Shown: positions 1 to 9,664, counted from the stretch's first letter. The stretch is DNA of 54,220 nucleotides from an uncultured Gammaproteobacteria bacterium (GCA_964435065.1 CAYSXS010000005.1:1-54220), one strand, 5' to 3'. Notes: generated by a model from the sequence alone, not told the origin. A program made the numbers and translations.

Positions 1-3
1 TAA

Positions 4-261
4 TTAGATTTTCTTTGTTAATTCACTACCAGTATACCACACCATCATTACTGTAAAAAATCCTATAAAAAATTGATGAAGCCCTAGTTGTTTATCAATA
101 AACAAGGCAAATGTTAACCCAACCATAGCGCCAGATCCAACATCGCGCAAAATCTCAACCAGAAATCGATATTTCTTCTTAGTAATTTGATATTTAGGAA
201 TAAATTTAGCTAATATAAGTTTGCTGAGCATGAACCTTAGTCTAGCTGAATAACCTGACAT
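4..261 (-). CDS. Small hypothetical membrane protein
   Basis: 85-aa ORF with two hydrophobic segments; no family recognised. Confidence 0.5.
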   Translation of the reverse strand: MSGYSARLRFMLSKLILAKFIPKYQITKKKYRFLVEILRDVGSGAMVGLTFALFIDKQLGLHQFFIGFFTVMMVWYTGSELTKKI

Positions 262-410
262 TAAGCTTAAAATTTACTTTGAGTTTGAGGCTTTTTTAGC
301 ATTAGGACCAGTGCCATGCACTTTTTCTGAAAGTAAAATTGAGAGGTAGAAAAGATAAATCACGAGTGTAATTGTGCCTGCGCCTTGAATTAAGGGGTGT
401 AAATTTTTAA

Positions 411-641
411 AAAAATTTAATTCTTGTTTTAAATTCAATTGAATGGTTGGCAAAAGATGATATATTATCCTCAATCCGTGGTAAAAATTTAACAAACAGT
501 CCTTTACTTTTTTCTAGTGTAAGCCAAAGAAATAGGATTAAATATTTTAATATGATTGGTGTGCCATTAATTGTAGTCATATTAGGAATTTATTGGTTAA
601 CTAGAAGAAGAAGGATTAGTAAAAAAGAATATATTAAATAA
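411..641 (+). pseudogene. Probable C-terminal remnant of a GldG-like ABC-transporter auxiliary protein
   Basis: Frame reads LVLNSIEWLAKDDILSSIRGK, then a TM helix and RRRR, resembling GldG-family C-termini; in-frame stop at 408-410 and no N-terminal part. Confidence 0.45.
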
Positions 642-651
642 ACTTAAATAT

Positions 652-1896
652 ATGTTAGATATAAATAAAATACGAGAAAACAAGAAGGAAATTACAAAAG
701 CTCTTCTAAAAAGAATGGAAGCTAAGGATTTAGATTTGGATTCAGTTCTGAAGTTAGATGATCAGAGAAAAGAATTAATTCAAAAAGTAGAAGAATTAAA
801 ATCTGAAAGAAATAAATATTCTAAGACTAAACCAGATCCAGAAATTATTGAAAAGATGAAACAAGTGGGGGAGGATATTAAAAAATTAGATGAGGAATTA
901 AAAAAGATAGAAAAGTCTTTAAATGAAAAATTGGCTGAAATTCCTAATATCCCAGCAGAAGATGTAAAAGAAGGAGGAAAGGAAAATAATGAAGTAATTA
1001 AAACTATTGGAGATAAACCAAATTTTGGTTTTAAACCTAAGGATCATGTAGAACTAGCTACTAGTTTAGGTTTAATAGATTATGAAAGAGCAGCTAAAAT
1101 GTCTGGTTCAGGTTTTTGGTGTTATACAGGAACAGGAGCTATTTTAGAATGGGCTCTCCTTAACTATTTTATAGAATTTCATAGAAATAACGGATATAGC
1201 TTTGTTATCCCTCCATATCTATTAAATGAAACATCAGCTTATGCTTCAGGTCATTTACCTAAGTTTAGAGATGATCTATTTTGGACAGAAGATAAGTTGT
1301 GTTTAAATGCAACTTCTGAAATGATGATGGGGAACTATCATAGAGATGAGATATTAGATGGTAAAGAATTGCCAAAGAAATATTTTTCATATTCATCTTG
1401 TTTTAGAAGAGAAAAAGGTTCTTATCGTACAGAAGAAAGAGGAATGATTAGGGGACACCAGTTTAACAAGATAGAGATGTTCATATTCTGTAAACCAGAA
1501 GAATCTTGGAAATTCTTTGATGAATTACAAAAGAATGCAGAAAAGTTGGTTGAAGGGTTAGGATTACATTACCAAAGCTCTTTATTGGCCGCTGGAGACG
1601 CTTCAGCAGCTATGGCTAAGACTATTGATGTTGAAGTATGGATTCCTAGTATGGAAGTATATAAAGAGGTTTCTTCAATATCTAATGCTTTGGATTATCA
1701 GTCAAGAAGAGGTAATATACGGTTTAAGAACGAAGAAAAAGGAAAGAATGAATTTGTACATATGTTAAATGCTTCAGGGCTTGCTACAAGTCGTATTGTT
1801 CCAGCTATTTTGGAACAATTTCAACAAGAAGATGGTAGTGTTAAAGTTCCTGAAGTTTTACAAAAGTTTGTAGGTAAAGATATAATTGAGAAATAG
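652..1896 (+). CDS. serS: Serine--tRNA ligase
   Basis: N-terminal coiled coil, motif 2 FRRE..RGHQFNKIE, EVSSISN..DYQSRR, LNASGLATSR. Confidence 0.97.
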   Translation: MLDINKIRENKKEITKALLKRMEAKDLDLDSVLKLDDQRKELIQKVEELKSERNKYSKTKPDPEIIEKMKQVGEDIKKLDEELKKIEKSLNEKLAEIPNIPAEDVKEGGKENNEVIKTIGDKPNFGFKPKDHVELATSLGLIDYERAAKMSGSGFWCYTGTGAILEWALLNYFIEFHRNNGYSFVIPPYLLNETSAYASGHLPKFRDDLFWTEDKLCLNATSEMMMGNYHRDEILDGKELPKKYFSYSSCFRREKGSYRTEERGMIRGHQFNKIEMFIFCKPEESWKFFDELQKNAEKLVEGLGLHYQSSLLAAGDASAAMAKTIDVEVWIPSMEVYKEVSSISNALDYQSRRGNIRFKNEEKGKNEFVHMLNASGLATSRIVPAILEQFQQEDGSVKVPEVLQKFVGKDIIEK

Positions 1897-1932
1897 TAAA
1901 ATTAAATAAAAACCAAATCAGAGGGGGTAGAA

Positions 1933-2571
1933 ATGAAAAAAACAATTTTGTTTATTGTTTTTTTGTTTATCATAATTCCTTGTTTGATTATTGGACAGGA
2001 TGTTGATTTACGAATTAATGCACATAGACAGTTAGTCAAGAAAGATACAGCTAAATATGCATATAAGAATTATTTAGTTGAATCTTGGGAAGGGCAGGAG
2101 GAACAATATTTCAATGTTTTAGAATACATGAAAGAAATTATTGATTCTATTAATGTTCAAAATAAAACGGACTGGTTAGTAGAATATGATAGTTCTTCAT
2201 TTATTGTTCTTGAACAGATTCGGAAAGAGATTTCCGGAAAATTTATTTGTCTCCAAAGAACTAGCGGGGAAATAATTTTCTACGCCGAAGGTTTTTTTAG
2301 ACCAAAATTTTCTATAAAAAAGCCAGGAAGAATTTTTGTGTTATTGGCCAAAAAAATAATTGAAGTTTTTCGAGAAAAGGAAATCAAAGGTAGAGCTTTT
2401 TTCTTTATTAATTATCACCAAGATGGTGATAGTATAAGTAATGAAATAAAGTTCTATTTAACCACAAACGATGCTATTACGAATCTTGTGGTAAAAAGTA
2501 TGACAAAAAACAAAGCAAAGGAAATATTGAACTCAGTTGTTGAGACATTTAAATTAGTAGGAAATAAATAA
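1933..2571 (+). CDS. Hypothetical secreted protein
   Basis: Signal-peptide-like N-terminus; G-rich SD upstream (GAGGGGG); terminator follows. Confidence 0.7.
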   Translation: MKKTILFIVFLFIIIPCLIIGQDVDLRINAHRQLVKKDTAKYAYKNYLVESWEGQEEQYFNVLEYMKEIIDSINVQNKTDWLVEYDSSSFIVLEQIRKEISGKFICLQRTSGEIIFYAEGFFRPKFSIKKPGRIFVLLAKKIIEVFREKEIKGRAFFFINYHQDGDSISNEIKFYLTTNDAITNLVVKSMTKNKAKEILNSVVETFKLVGNK

Positions 2572-2572
2572 T

Positions 2573-2612
2573 GTGGATTTCGTTAATAAACATAAAACGG
2601 AATCCACTTTTT
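2573..2612 (+). terminator. Intrinsic terminator
   Basis: GTGGATTTCGTT...AACGGAATCCAC followed by TTTTT. Confidence 0.75.
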
Positions 2613-2644
2613 CATTTATTTAAATTTATGTTAAAATTTAATAT

Positions 2645-2908
2645 ATGGCACAAGAAATTAATAATGAAATTGAAAAGATAAAAGAACGTAATAGACGAGT
2701 AGAAGCAGATAAAGCTTGGGAAACAAGCTATATTAGGCGTATTTTAGTAGCTTTTCTTACTTATCTATTAGTTGTTTTATTTTTACATATAATAGATGAT
2801 AGAAGCCCCTGGTTAAACGCTTTAGTTCCTACGGCTGGTTTTATTTTATCAACCTTAACACTATCTTTATTTAAAAATATCTGGATTAAATATTTATACA
2901 AAAGATAA
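2645..2908 (+). CDS. Small membrane protein
   Basis: 87 aa, ERNRRVEADKAWETS motif plus two TM helices; stop overlaps next start. Confidence 0.75.
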   Translation: MAQEINNEIEKIKERNRRVEADKAWETSYIRRILVAFLTYLLVVLFLHIIDDRSPWLNALVPTAGFILSTLTLSLFKNIWIKYLYKR

Positions 2909-3711
2909 TGAGAAAACGAGATTATAGCAATCATTTGCAACATTTTGGTGTAGCCCATAAAGTTGTAAAGAAACCAAAAAACAAAAAAGCCAAAAAGATT
3001 TTTCGGCTTATTTTAATCTTACTTCTAATAATTGTAATAATATTTATTGTTTTTAAATCTTCTTTTTTTAAGATTAAAAAGATCTCTATTAGTGGAACAT
3101 TAAATAGTGAGTTAATTGATGAGACCGAAAGGAATATAAAGGGATATTTAGAGGATCATAATAACTTTTTGTTTTTAAATAAAGATAAGTTAAAAGAATA
3201 TACAAACGAACGTGTAAAACTAGAAAAATTAGAGATAAATAAAGTCTTTCCTAATAAACTAGAAATAGATATAGCCCCTGAGATTCCAGCAATGCTTTGG
3301 CAAGAAGCTCAGGAATATTTTTTAATAAACAACCAGGGGATAGTTGAAACTCAAATTAATTTATCTCAACTAGAATGGGAATTACCAACAGTAAGTTTAA
3401 GTACAACAACTAAAGTTGTTGTTGGTGAAACACTCGTTAATCAGTTTTTTGTTAATTTTATTAAAGAATTTAATCAGGAATTTAAAAAAAAATCTTTTGA
3501 TTTGGGTTTAGAGAAATATATAATTTCAGATTTAGAAGGCAGGGAAGTCAGAATTTATACAAATCAAGGCTGGTATATATTAGCCAGTACAGATAATAAC
3601 GTGACAAGCATACTAAATAATCTAAAAAGCCTCGTAAACGAAAAGTTTAAAGAGGAAAAACCTCGCCAATATGTGGATTTAAGGCTAGAGGATAAGATTT
3701 TCTATAAATAA
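2908..3711 (+). CDS. ftsQ: FtsQ/DivIB-like POTRA-domain cell division protein
   Basis: Basic N-terminus, single TM, FKIKKISISG, KVFPNKLEIDI, C-terminal YVDLR. Confidence 0.75.
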   Translation: MRKRDYSNHLQHFGVAHKVVKKPKNKKAKKIFRLILILLLIIVIIFIVFKSSFFKIKKISISGTLNSELIDETERNIKGYLEDHNNFLFLNKDKLKEYTNERVKLEKLEINKVFPNKLEIDIAPEIPAMLWQEAQEYFLINNQGIVETQINLSQLEWELPTVSLSTTTKVVVGETLVNQFFVNFIKEFNQEFKKKSFDLGLEKYIISDLEGREVRIYTNQGWYILASTDNNVTSILNNLKSLVNEKFKEEKPRQYVDLRLEDKIFYK

Positions 3712-3715
3712 CTAT

Positions 3716-4216
3716 ATGTTTGAACTAATAATATATATAATTTTAGTTATATTCGTTGGTACAGCAGCTTATGCTGGTTTTTCTGCTGCTCCATGGCTAC
3801 CTTCTAGAAAAAAGGATGTAAACAGGATGGTTAAGTTCGCAAACATACAACCAGGAGATAATGTATATGATTTAGGTTGTGGAGATGGTAGGCTTTTAGC
3901 TGCTGCTAAAAAGTTTGAACCAAAGTGTAATGTTTTTGGTATAGAACTTTCATTGCTTCCATATATTGTTAGTAAATTAAGAGTAAGGGGTAAGGTATGT
4001 TTTGGAGATCTATTTAAAAAAGATTTAAGTGACGCTGATGTTGTGTTTGTTTTTCTTATGAAAAGAATTTATCCTAAATTAAAAGCTAAATTAGAAAAAG
4101 AATTAAAGCCAGGCACTAGAGTAATTGTAAACACTTGGCGCATAGATGGTTGGGAAGTGGAGAAGAAGGACTCAGGATATAAGAAAGCAATTGTTTATTT
4201 ATATAAAATTAAATAA
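3716..4216 (+). CDS. Membrane-anchored class I SAM-dependent methyltransferase
   Basis: N-terminal TM, APWLPS, YDLGCGDGR, ELKPGTRVI. Confidence 0.85.
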   Translation: MFELIIYIILVIFVGTAAYAGFSAAPWLPSRKKDVNRMVKFANIQPGDNVYDLGCGDGRLLAAAKKFEPKCNVFGIELSLLPYIVSKLRVRGKVCFGDLFKKDLSDADVVFVFLMKRIYPKLKAKLEKELKPGTRVIVNTWRIDGWEVEKKDSGYKKAIVYLYKIK

Positions 4217-4272
4217 ACTTATAATTAAATATTTTATCAATTTTATTTAATGTGATATAATTTAAATAAGAG

Positions 4273-4281
4273 TGTGGATAA
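4273..4281 (-). promoter_or_regulatory. Perfect DnaA box
   Basis: TGTGGATAA (reverse complement TTATCCACA), intergenic, upstream of xer. Confidence 0.5.
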
Positions 4282-4343
4282 AATGGATGTTTTTAGTGAG
4301 AAGGTATAAAGGAATGAAAATGAAGTAGTTTGGTGTTTTGAGG

Positions 4344-4371
4344 CTTTAATTTAATATACATTAAGTTCGCG
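4344..4371. other. dif-like Xer recombination site
   Basis: CTTTAATTTAA-TATACA-TTAAGTTCGCG matches the reverse complement of E. coli dif at 20/28 by eye, with identical TAA-TATACA-TTA centre; 28 bp upstream of the xer ATG. Confidence 0.6.
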
Positions 4372-4399
4372 TAATATAGGTTAATTGTACTTACAACAT

Positions 4400-5365
4400 A
4401 TGTCTAAAGCAAATAAGCCATTTTCTGAGCATCTAAACGATTTTTTGGATTATCTTGATATTGAGAAAAGTTTATCAAATAATTCACAAAAGAATTATCA
4501 TAGATTTTTAAATAAATTTTTTAATTGGTTAGAAATTAACAACAATACTTCTCTATGTCCCTCAGACCTCACTTCCGAGCATGTTTGGGGCTATAAGTTA
4601 TATCTTTCGCGTTTTAAGGATCCCAGGACAGGTAAGTATCTAAAAAAGTCCACTCAGAGTTACTACTTGATAGCATTGAGATCATTTTTAGATTTTTTTG
4701 CTGATAGAGATATTGTTTCACTTCCCTCTTCAAAAATTAAATTACCAAGGATGAGGAAAGAAAAAGTTCCTAATTTTTTAAAGTTAGAGGAAATAGAAAG
4801 ATTATTATTGCAACCAGATGTGAATACTAAAATTGGTTTGCGTGACAGAGCCATTTTGGAGGTTTTATTTTCAACTGGTTTACGTGTAGCTGAATTAGTT
4901 TCTTTAAATAGAGATCAATTTAATAGTTTAAAAAATAGCATGATTGATTTAGAAATGACAATTATTGGTAAAGGAGACAGGCCTCGTACTGTTTATTTTT
5001 CAGAACGTGCACTAGGCTGGCTTAAAAAATATCTAGAAACTCGTAGTGATGATGTAGATAAATCTTTATTTATTCGCTATTCTGATAGAAATCCTGAATC
5101 CATGCGTCTTTCAATTAGGTCAATTGAAAAAATAGTTAAAAAATATGCAAAATTAGCAGGACTTTCTATTGAAACAACTCCTCATACTTTGCGCCATTCA
5201 TACGCCACAGATCTTTTGGTACAAGGTGTTGACCTGAGAACTATTCAGGAATTTTTGGGACATAGTAATATACTAACTACACAAATATATACCCATATTA
5301 CTAATAAAAGATTACGAGATATACACAAAAAATATCATAGTGGCAATAGAATGAAAAATAATTAA
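4400..5365 (+). CDS. xerC: XerC/XerD-family tyrosine recombinase (ATG at 4400 preferred to TTG at 4385)
   Basis: Complete catalytic set: TGLRVAEL, GKG, HTLRHSYAT, LGHSNILTTQIYTH. Confidence 0.88.
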   Translation: MSKANKPFSEHLNDFLDYLDIEKSLSNNSQKNYHRFLNKFFNWLEINNNTSLCPSDLTSEHVWGYKLYLSRFKDPRTGKYLKKSTQSYYLIALRSFLDFFADRDIVSLPSSKIKLPRMRKEKVPNFLKLEEIERLLLQPDVNTKIGLRDRAILEVLFSTGLRVAELVSLNRDQFNSLKNSMIDLEMTIIGKGDRPRTVYFSERALGWLKKYLETRSDDVDKSLFIRYSDRNPESMRLSIRSIEKIVKKYAKLAGLSIETTPHTLRHSYATDLLVQGVDLRTIQEFLGHSNILTTQIYTHITNKRLRDIHKKYHSGNRMKNN

Positions 5366-5373
5366 TTAAAAAT

Positions 5374-5883
5374 ATGAAAAAAAATAAATGTTTACCCTGG
5401 GACGAGGTCGAAAAAGCAATTTATAAAGAAAAAGAGTGGTTAAAAAAGAATATAGAAATATCTCCTTATCCAGTAAAAGACTTACCTATTACCTGTCCTG
5501 ATTGTATCCGTAGAGAAATTGCGATACTTATTCTCTCTGGAAAAATAAAAGCTAAAGAAATTAAATCTAAACAATTATGGGGGGATTTAAATCTAAGTGT
5601 AATTAAAAAACATAAAGGCAAAAAACATGGTGGTGTTTGGCATAGTGGCACGATGGAAATGGTTAGTGAATATTTTAAAAATCAAGATTATAAAGTTGAA
5701 AACGAACCTAGATTGAATTATGGAAATGCAGATTTGTTAGTTTATAAGAAAGGAGAAAAAGATATTTATGTAGAGGTTGGGACTGTTTCTTTATATAAAT
5801 TATTGTACAATTTTAATATGATGAATGGGATTGATTTACTCATCATTCCTAAGGATGACTACCTAATTGAATTTAATCTTTAA
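5374..5883 (+). CDS. Hypothetical protein, possible PD-(D/E)XK nuclease-like fold
   Basis: VENE..NADLLV..IYVEVG pattern; CPDC motif. Confidence 0.55.
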   Translation: MKKNKCLPWDEVEKAIYKEKEWLKKNIEISPYPVKDLPITCPDCIRREIAILILSGKIKAKEIKSKQLWGDLNLSVIKKHKGKKHGGVWHSGTMEMVSEYFKNQDYKVENEPRLNYGNADLLVYKKGEKDIYVEVGTVSLYKLLYNFNMMNGIDLLIIPKDDYLIEFNL

Positions 5884-5885
5884 AT

Positions 5886-6731
5886 ATGGACAAAAAAATA
5901 AAAAGTAAATTAAATTGGCTTGAAAACAACATACTTCCCTATCAGAGAGAATTTTTATCTTTTTTGAAAAATAAGAAATATAATATGAGTACCATACAAT
6001 CTTATGGGTATGGGTTGTCTGATTTTTCTGGCTTTTTAGAAGAAAACAAGGTTAGTTTGTATGATTTAACACTAAATAATATTAATTTTTATATTGATTT
6101 TTTACGTACACGAGATAAATCTGGTAATTCCATTAATGTTAATGTGAGTTGTTTAAAAAAATATTTTAATTTTTTAGCTAAAAACCATAAAATAACCTTA
6201 ACTTTTGATTATAATGACATAAAACAAATAAAAATAAAAAAACAAAATAGAAAAGAAATCAACATAAAAAGTCTTGATGTAATTTTAAACTTTATAGGTA
6301 GTAAAAAAGATCTATCTTCTAAAAGAAACTTTATTATCTTGCAATTAATAATAAAAACTGGGATGAGAATCTCAGAATTAGTTAAAATTAAAAAACAAAA
6401 TTTTAAAAGTAGTCAGATAGTGATTGATAATAATTTTTATATTTTGGATAGAATTTTAAATAAACAGATAGAAAATTTTATTAATAATTCGAAAACTAAT
6501 GAAGGTTATCTTTTTATCCCCTATCGAGCCAGAAAAGATTCAAAAAATAATAATTTAACTGTACGTAGTGTGGAAAGAATGATAAAAAAACATTTTCCAT
6601 ATAATAATTATAATGATCTAAAATTAGTTTATTTTAAACAAATTTGTGGAGTTTTACCTAATATAACAAAAATATGTAGACATGAACTTGTTTCGAAGAT
6701 TGAGTTGAAAAATATCAACAGAATTATTTGA
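5886..6731 (+). CDS. Degenerate Xer/integrase-like protein
   Basis: SAM-like N-domain, TGMRISELV and LTVRSVERMIKK present; no HxxR or LGH..Y motif. Confidence 0.75.
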   Translation: MDKKIKSKLNWLENNILPYQREFLSFLKNKKYNMSTIQSYGYGLSDFSGFLEENKVSLYDLTLNNINFYIDFLRTRDKSGNSINVNVSCLKKYFNFLAKNHKITLTFDYNDIKQIKIKKQNRKEINIKSLDVILNFIGSKKDLSSKRNFIILQLIIKTGMRISELVKIKKQNFKSSQIVIDNNFYILDRILNKQIENFINNSKTNEGYLFIPYRARKDSKNNNLTVRSVERMIKKHFPYNNYNDLKLVYFKQICGVLPNITKICRHELVSKIELKNINRII

Positions 6732-6765
6732 ATAAAATATATTAATTAAAACCAAAAAAGAGCTT

Positions 6766-7314
6766 TTAGCTCTTCTTTTTTTGTTTCATCCCTTTTGGTC
6801 TCTCCCCTATTTTGACTCCATAATATCCTGCTTTCCATATATCTACATGTATCCATTTATTATTAATTTTCACTTCTAAATATTGATGAACGCTCCATTG
6901 ATAAAAAATATGGATTTTTCTAATATCTTGTTTTTTAAAGAAACCACTCTTAATTAAAAATATTATTAATATCTGATTTTGTATATTACAAGGCATAAAA
7001 CCTTTTTTAGACCAAACACTATCTATATTTTGATAAAAGCATGTTAAATCTTTAAACATTTCTCTATTTTTCCCAAAATATTTTTTACTTAAATAATCAT
7101 ATGATTTTTCTAAAAATTCCTTTTTATTTTTTGATTGTTTTTTTAAATCATTAATAACTTTTTGCATACTTGTAGGTATTTTTTTAGGTATAGATATTCT
7201 TTTATTGAAGTGTGGAATAAGAATTCTAGAGAGTACGAAAAAAAGAAGAATGTATGATATTACAATTGCAAAGGATATTTTGATTATTATTAATAATACT
7301 GAATATATTATCAT
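6766..7314 (-). CDS. Membrane-anchored transglutaminase-like protein
   Basis: Cys-His-Asp pattern PCNIQN / VHQYLEV / WIHVDIW; N-terminal TM. Confidence 0.65.
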   Translation of the reverse strand: MIIYSVLLIIIKISFAIVISYILLFFVLSRILIPHFNKRISIPKKIPTSMQKVINDLKKQSKNKKEFLEKSYDYLSKKYFGKNREMFKDLTCFYQNIDSVWSKKGFMPCNIQNQILIIFLIKSGFFKKQDIRKIHIFYQWSVHQYLEVKINNKWIHVDIWKAGYYGVKIGERPKGMKQKKKS

Positions 7315-7703
7315 ATTAATTCATTTAATATTTTATCTTTTTGTATCTTTTTTATATTTTTATTAACTTGGTTATAGAAAGCTGGATAGTGTTGACGTAT
7401 AATCCACTTACCTCTATGAAATTGTCTATATGGTAATTTTTGATGGTGAGTTATTTCATGAGCTAATATATTTAAAATTGATTTAATAGCTTTGGGTTTT
7501 CTGTGTCTCGGTGTATATATGTCTATTGTTATGCTTTTAGTTTTTAGGTTTGTATGGGCAAGTGTGTATGATTTTTTTAGATTTAATACTCCTTTACCTT
7601 CACTGTCTACATGCCTTCTCATTGTTTTAAAAGTAAATCCTTTTAAGTTAAAAATCTCGCCTAAGCGAGTACACATCTTTTCTATTTTTTCTTCGTGAGT
7701 CAT
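7311..7703 (-). CDS. HExxH zinc metallopeptidase-like protein (WLM/SprT-like)
   Basis: ILAHEITHH...HYPAFY. Confidence 0.65.
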   Translation of the reverse strand: MTHEEKIEKMCTRLGEIFNLKGFTFKTMRRHVDSEGKGVLNLKKSYTLAHTNLKTKSITIDIYTPRHRKPKAIKSILNILAHEITHHQKLPYRQFHRGKWIIRQHYPAFYNQVNKNIKKIQKDKILNELI

Positions 7704-7709
7704 AATTGT

Positions 7710-8177
7710 TTAAAAAACTATAATATATATTAGAAATATTGTTACTATACTTGTTGTATAATAGAATCTTTTATTATTTTGGAGAGACTTCTTAAAAGAC
7801 AGCTCTTCTATTTTTATTTTCCCTTTTTGGATGTAGTAATTTACAACCATAATCCCTGACATGCCAAACACAATATCACTTAAAACATTAAACCATGTTT
7901 CATGTCCACTGATGAGTTTCCAAACGTCTGTGATAGGGGTATTAGGTAGAGCAGTTTGGATAAAATTATTGAATTGACGATTAATAATTTCAAATATTTC
8001 CCAACCAATAACAGTTAAAAAACCAATACTTAAAAAGAATTTTGCTTGCTTAAGTTTTGGGTGTTTGGTACTTAAACGAAATATTAAGACACCAAAAATT
8101 ATCCACCAAGCAAAATGAGTAACTGAGCATGGGTCAAAAATACTTACATCTCTAATACTAAATATAAAGTCAGGCAT
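7710..8177 (-). CDS. Hypothetical integral membrane protein
   Basis: Four hydrophobic segments; THF..WEIFE..SD pattern. Confidence 0.65.
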   Translation of the reverse strand: MPDFIFSIRDVSIFDPCSVTHFAWWIIFGVLIFRLSTKHPKLKQAKFFLSIGFLTVIGWEIFEIINRQFNNFIQTALPNTPITDVWKLISGHETWFNVLSDIVFGMSGIMVVNYYIQKGKIKIEELSFKKSLQNNKRFYYTTSIVTIFLIYIIVF

Positions 8178-8181
8178 ATTT

Positions 8182-9435
8182 TTATGGTAAATAATTTAAA
8201 GGATTAACAGGAATTCCGTTTTTACGTATTTCAAAGTGCAAATGTGGTCCTGTTGATAATCTTCCTGCACCAGCTGTGCCTGGCATACCACCTGTCTGCC
8301 CTATTAACTCTCCTTGAGTTACAAATTGGTCTTCCTTTACATATGATTTAGTTACATGACCATAAACGGTTGAAAAACCATCTGCATGGATTATCATGAT
8401 ATATCCATAACTTGAGGATGAATTTAATTTAACTCTTCCAACATATCCTGATGCAGAGGCTCTTAATGGAGAGTTTTGTTTTGAACGTAAATCAATTGCT
8501 GGATGTTCGAATATATATCTAAAAGGATAAGTAGGATCATGAAAATATGCTGTTATTCCCCTATTTGGTACAGGCCAGTTAAATGTTGCATCACCCAAAG
8601 CTTCTAGCTTGCCAGCGCCTTCTTTTGCTAATCTTTCTCTGATTACTTTTTCCAAATTAGCAATTTCAAAATTAATATTAGCTTGTTCAGATTTTACAGA
8701 AGATAAAAGAGATTGAAAACGAACTTCTGAATTTCTTGTTTGTGATAATATGTTTTGTTTTGTTATTATCTGTTCATCTAAACTTTCTCTATTTTTTTCT
8801 AGTTTATCTTTTAAGTTTTTTAAAGAAGCTTTTTTGGCTTCTAATTCAGCCATTGATTTATTTAATTCTATCTTTAATTCTTTTAATTCTTTTAAACCAT
8901 CATTCATTTTGTTTTGTAGAATACTTAAAGCTCTCATTTCATTATAGTAATCAGATACAGAATCATGACCTAATATTATTTCCAACTCAGAAGTTTGGTC
9001 TTTCTGATACATTTGCTGGATGAATTCCCTTAAAACCTTCTTTTTGTTATTTGTGTTAGTTTCATTCTGTCTTATCTTATTCTCTGTATCTTGAATCTGT
9101 AAAGAGTTTTCTGAAATTTGACTTTCAGTTAATTCTATCTCAGCTTCTGTTTTAACTATCCTAGCCCCTAAATAGTTAACTTGGCTTGATAGAGTTACGG
9201 CTTGACTACGATAGTTTTTAATAGATTTGTCATATTCCCCTATTTTATCTGATAATTCTTTAATTTTATCCTGTTTTGCTTTGATTTGTTCTGATAAACT
9301 TTTAATCCCTTCATTATCTCCTCCATTATATACAGTTTCAGCCTGTATATTCATTGGTACAACCAACAAACTAAATAAAAACACAGTTAAAACTAACCGG
9401 CTGATAAATGTCAGATTTTTTCTTAGATTATTCAT
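8182..9435 (-). CDS. Coiled-coil M23 peptidase (EnvC/CwlO-like); start probably at 9435
   Basis: Signal peptide, long coiled coil, HPAIDL, YGH, STGPHLHFEIR..NPLNYL; the longer ORF start overlaps the divergent promoter. Confidence 0.9.
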   Translation of the reverse strand: MNNLRKNLTFISRLVLTVFLFSLLVVPMNIQAETVYNGGDNEGIKSLSEQIKAKQDKIKELSDKIGEYDKSIKNYRSQAVTLSSQVNYLGARIVKTEAEIELTESQISENSLQIQDTENKIRQNETNTNNKKKVLREFIQQMYQKDQTSELEIILGHDSVSDYYNEMRALSILQNKMNDGLKELKELKIELNKSMAELEAKKASLKNLKDKLEKNRESLDEQIITKQNILSQTRNSEVRFQSLLSSVKSEQANINFEIANLEKVIRERLAKEGAGKLEALGDATFNWPVPNRGITAYFHDPTYPFRYIFEHPAIDLRSKQNSPLRASASGYVGRVKLNSSSSYGYIMIIHADGFSTVYGHVTKSYVKEDQFVTQGELIGQTGGMPGTAGAGRLSTGPHLHFEIRKNGIPVNPLNYLP

Positions 9436-9482
9436 ATTTCTTAAATATATTGTACCATAGATCCTTTTTGCATTTATCCACA

Positions 9483-9510
9483 TTGACATTATTCCTATCT
9501 ATGATATACT
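9483..9510 (+). promoter_or_regulatory. Sigma70-type promoter of the leader/tRNA-His operon
   Basis: TTGACA-16bp-TATACT with extended TG; DnaA box TTATCCACA at 9474-9482 abuts the -35. Confidence 0.75.
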
Positions 9511-9519
9511 GGTCTCAGT

Positions 9520-9570
9520 ATGAAAAATTTAAATACAAATTTAGTACATCATATCCATCTCTTAGGTTAA
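9520..9570 (+). CDS. Putative His-rich attenuator leader peptide MKNLNTNLVHHIHLLG
   Basis: 16-codon ORF just after the predicted TSS, with CAT CAT ATC CAT, overlapping the antiterminator arm. Confidence 0.65.
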   Translation: MKNLNTNLVHHIHLLG

Positions 9571-9664
9571 AAGAGCTGGATTTTGCGTTAAATTTCTAAA
9601 TATACACCAATGTAGTCTCTTTTAACCCAAGGGATTTTTTGTTTGCATTGGTGTTTTTTATTTT
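9553..9664 (+). promoter_or_regulatory. Transcription attenuator (alternative hairpins plus intrinsic terminator)
   Basis: 9557-9575 pairs with 9617-9635 (19 bp, 1 GU, 1 mismatch); terminator stem 9604-9614/9644-9654 plus U-tract; local hairpin 9553-9581. Confidence 0.65.

Noticed and set aside
4273-4391. Origin of replication
   Set aside because: Only one DnaA box here, no dnaA or dnaN nearby, and gene orientation converges rather than diverges.
9408-9599. 63-aa ORF at 9408, and the 9712 start for the hydrolase
   Set aside because: They overlap the promoter/leader and the tRNA respectively; the 16-aa leader and ATG 9769 fit better.
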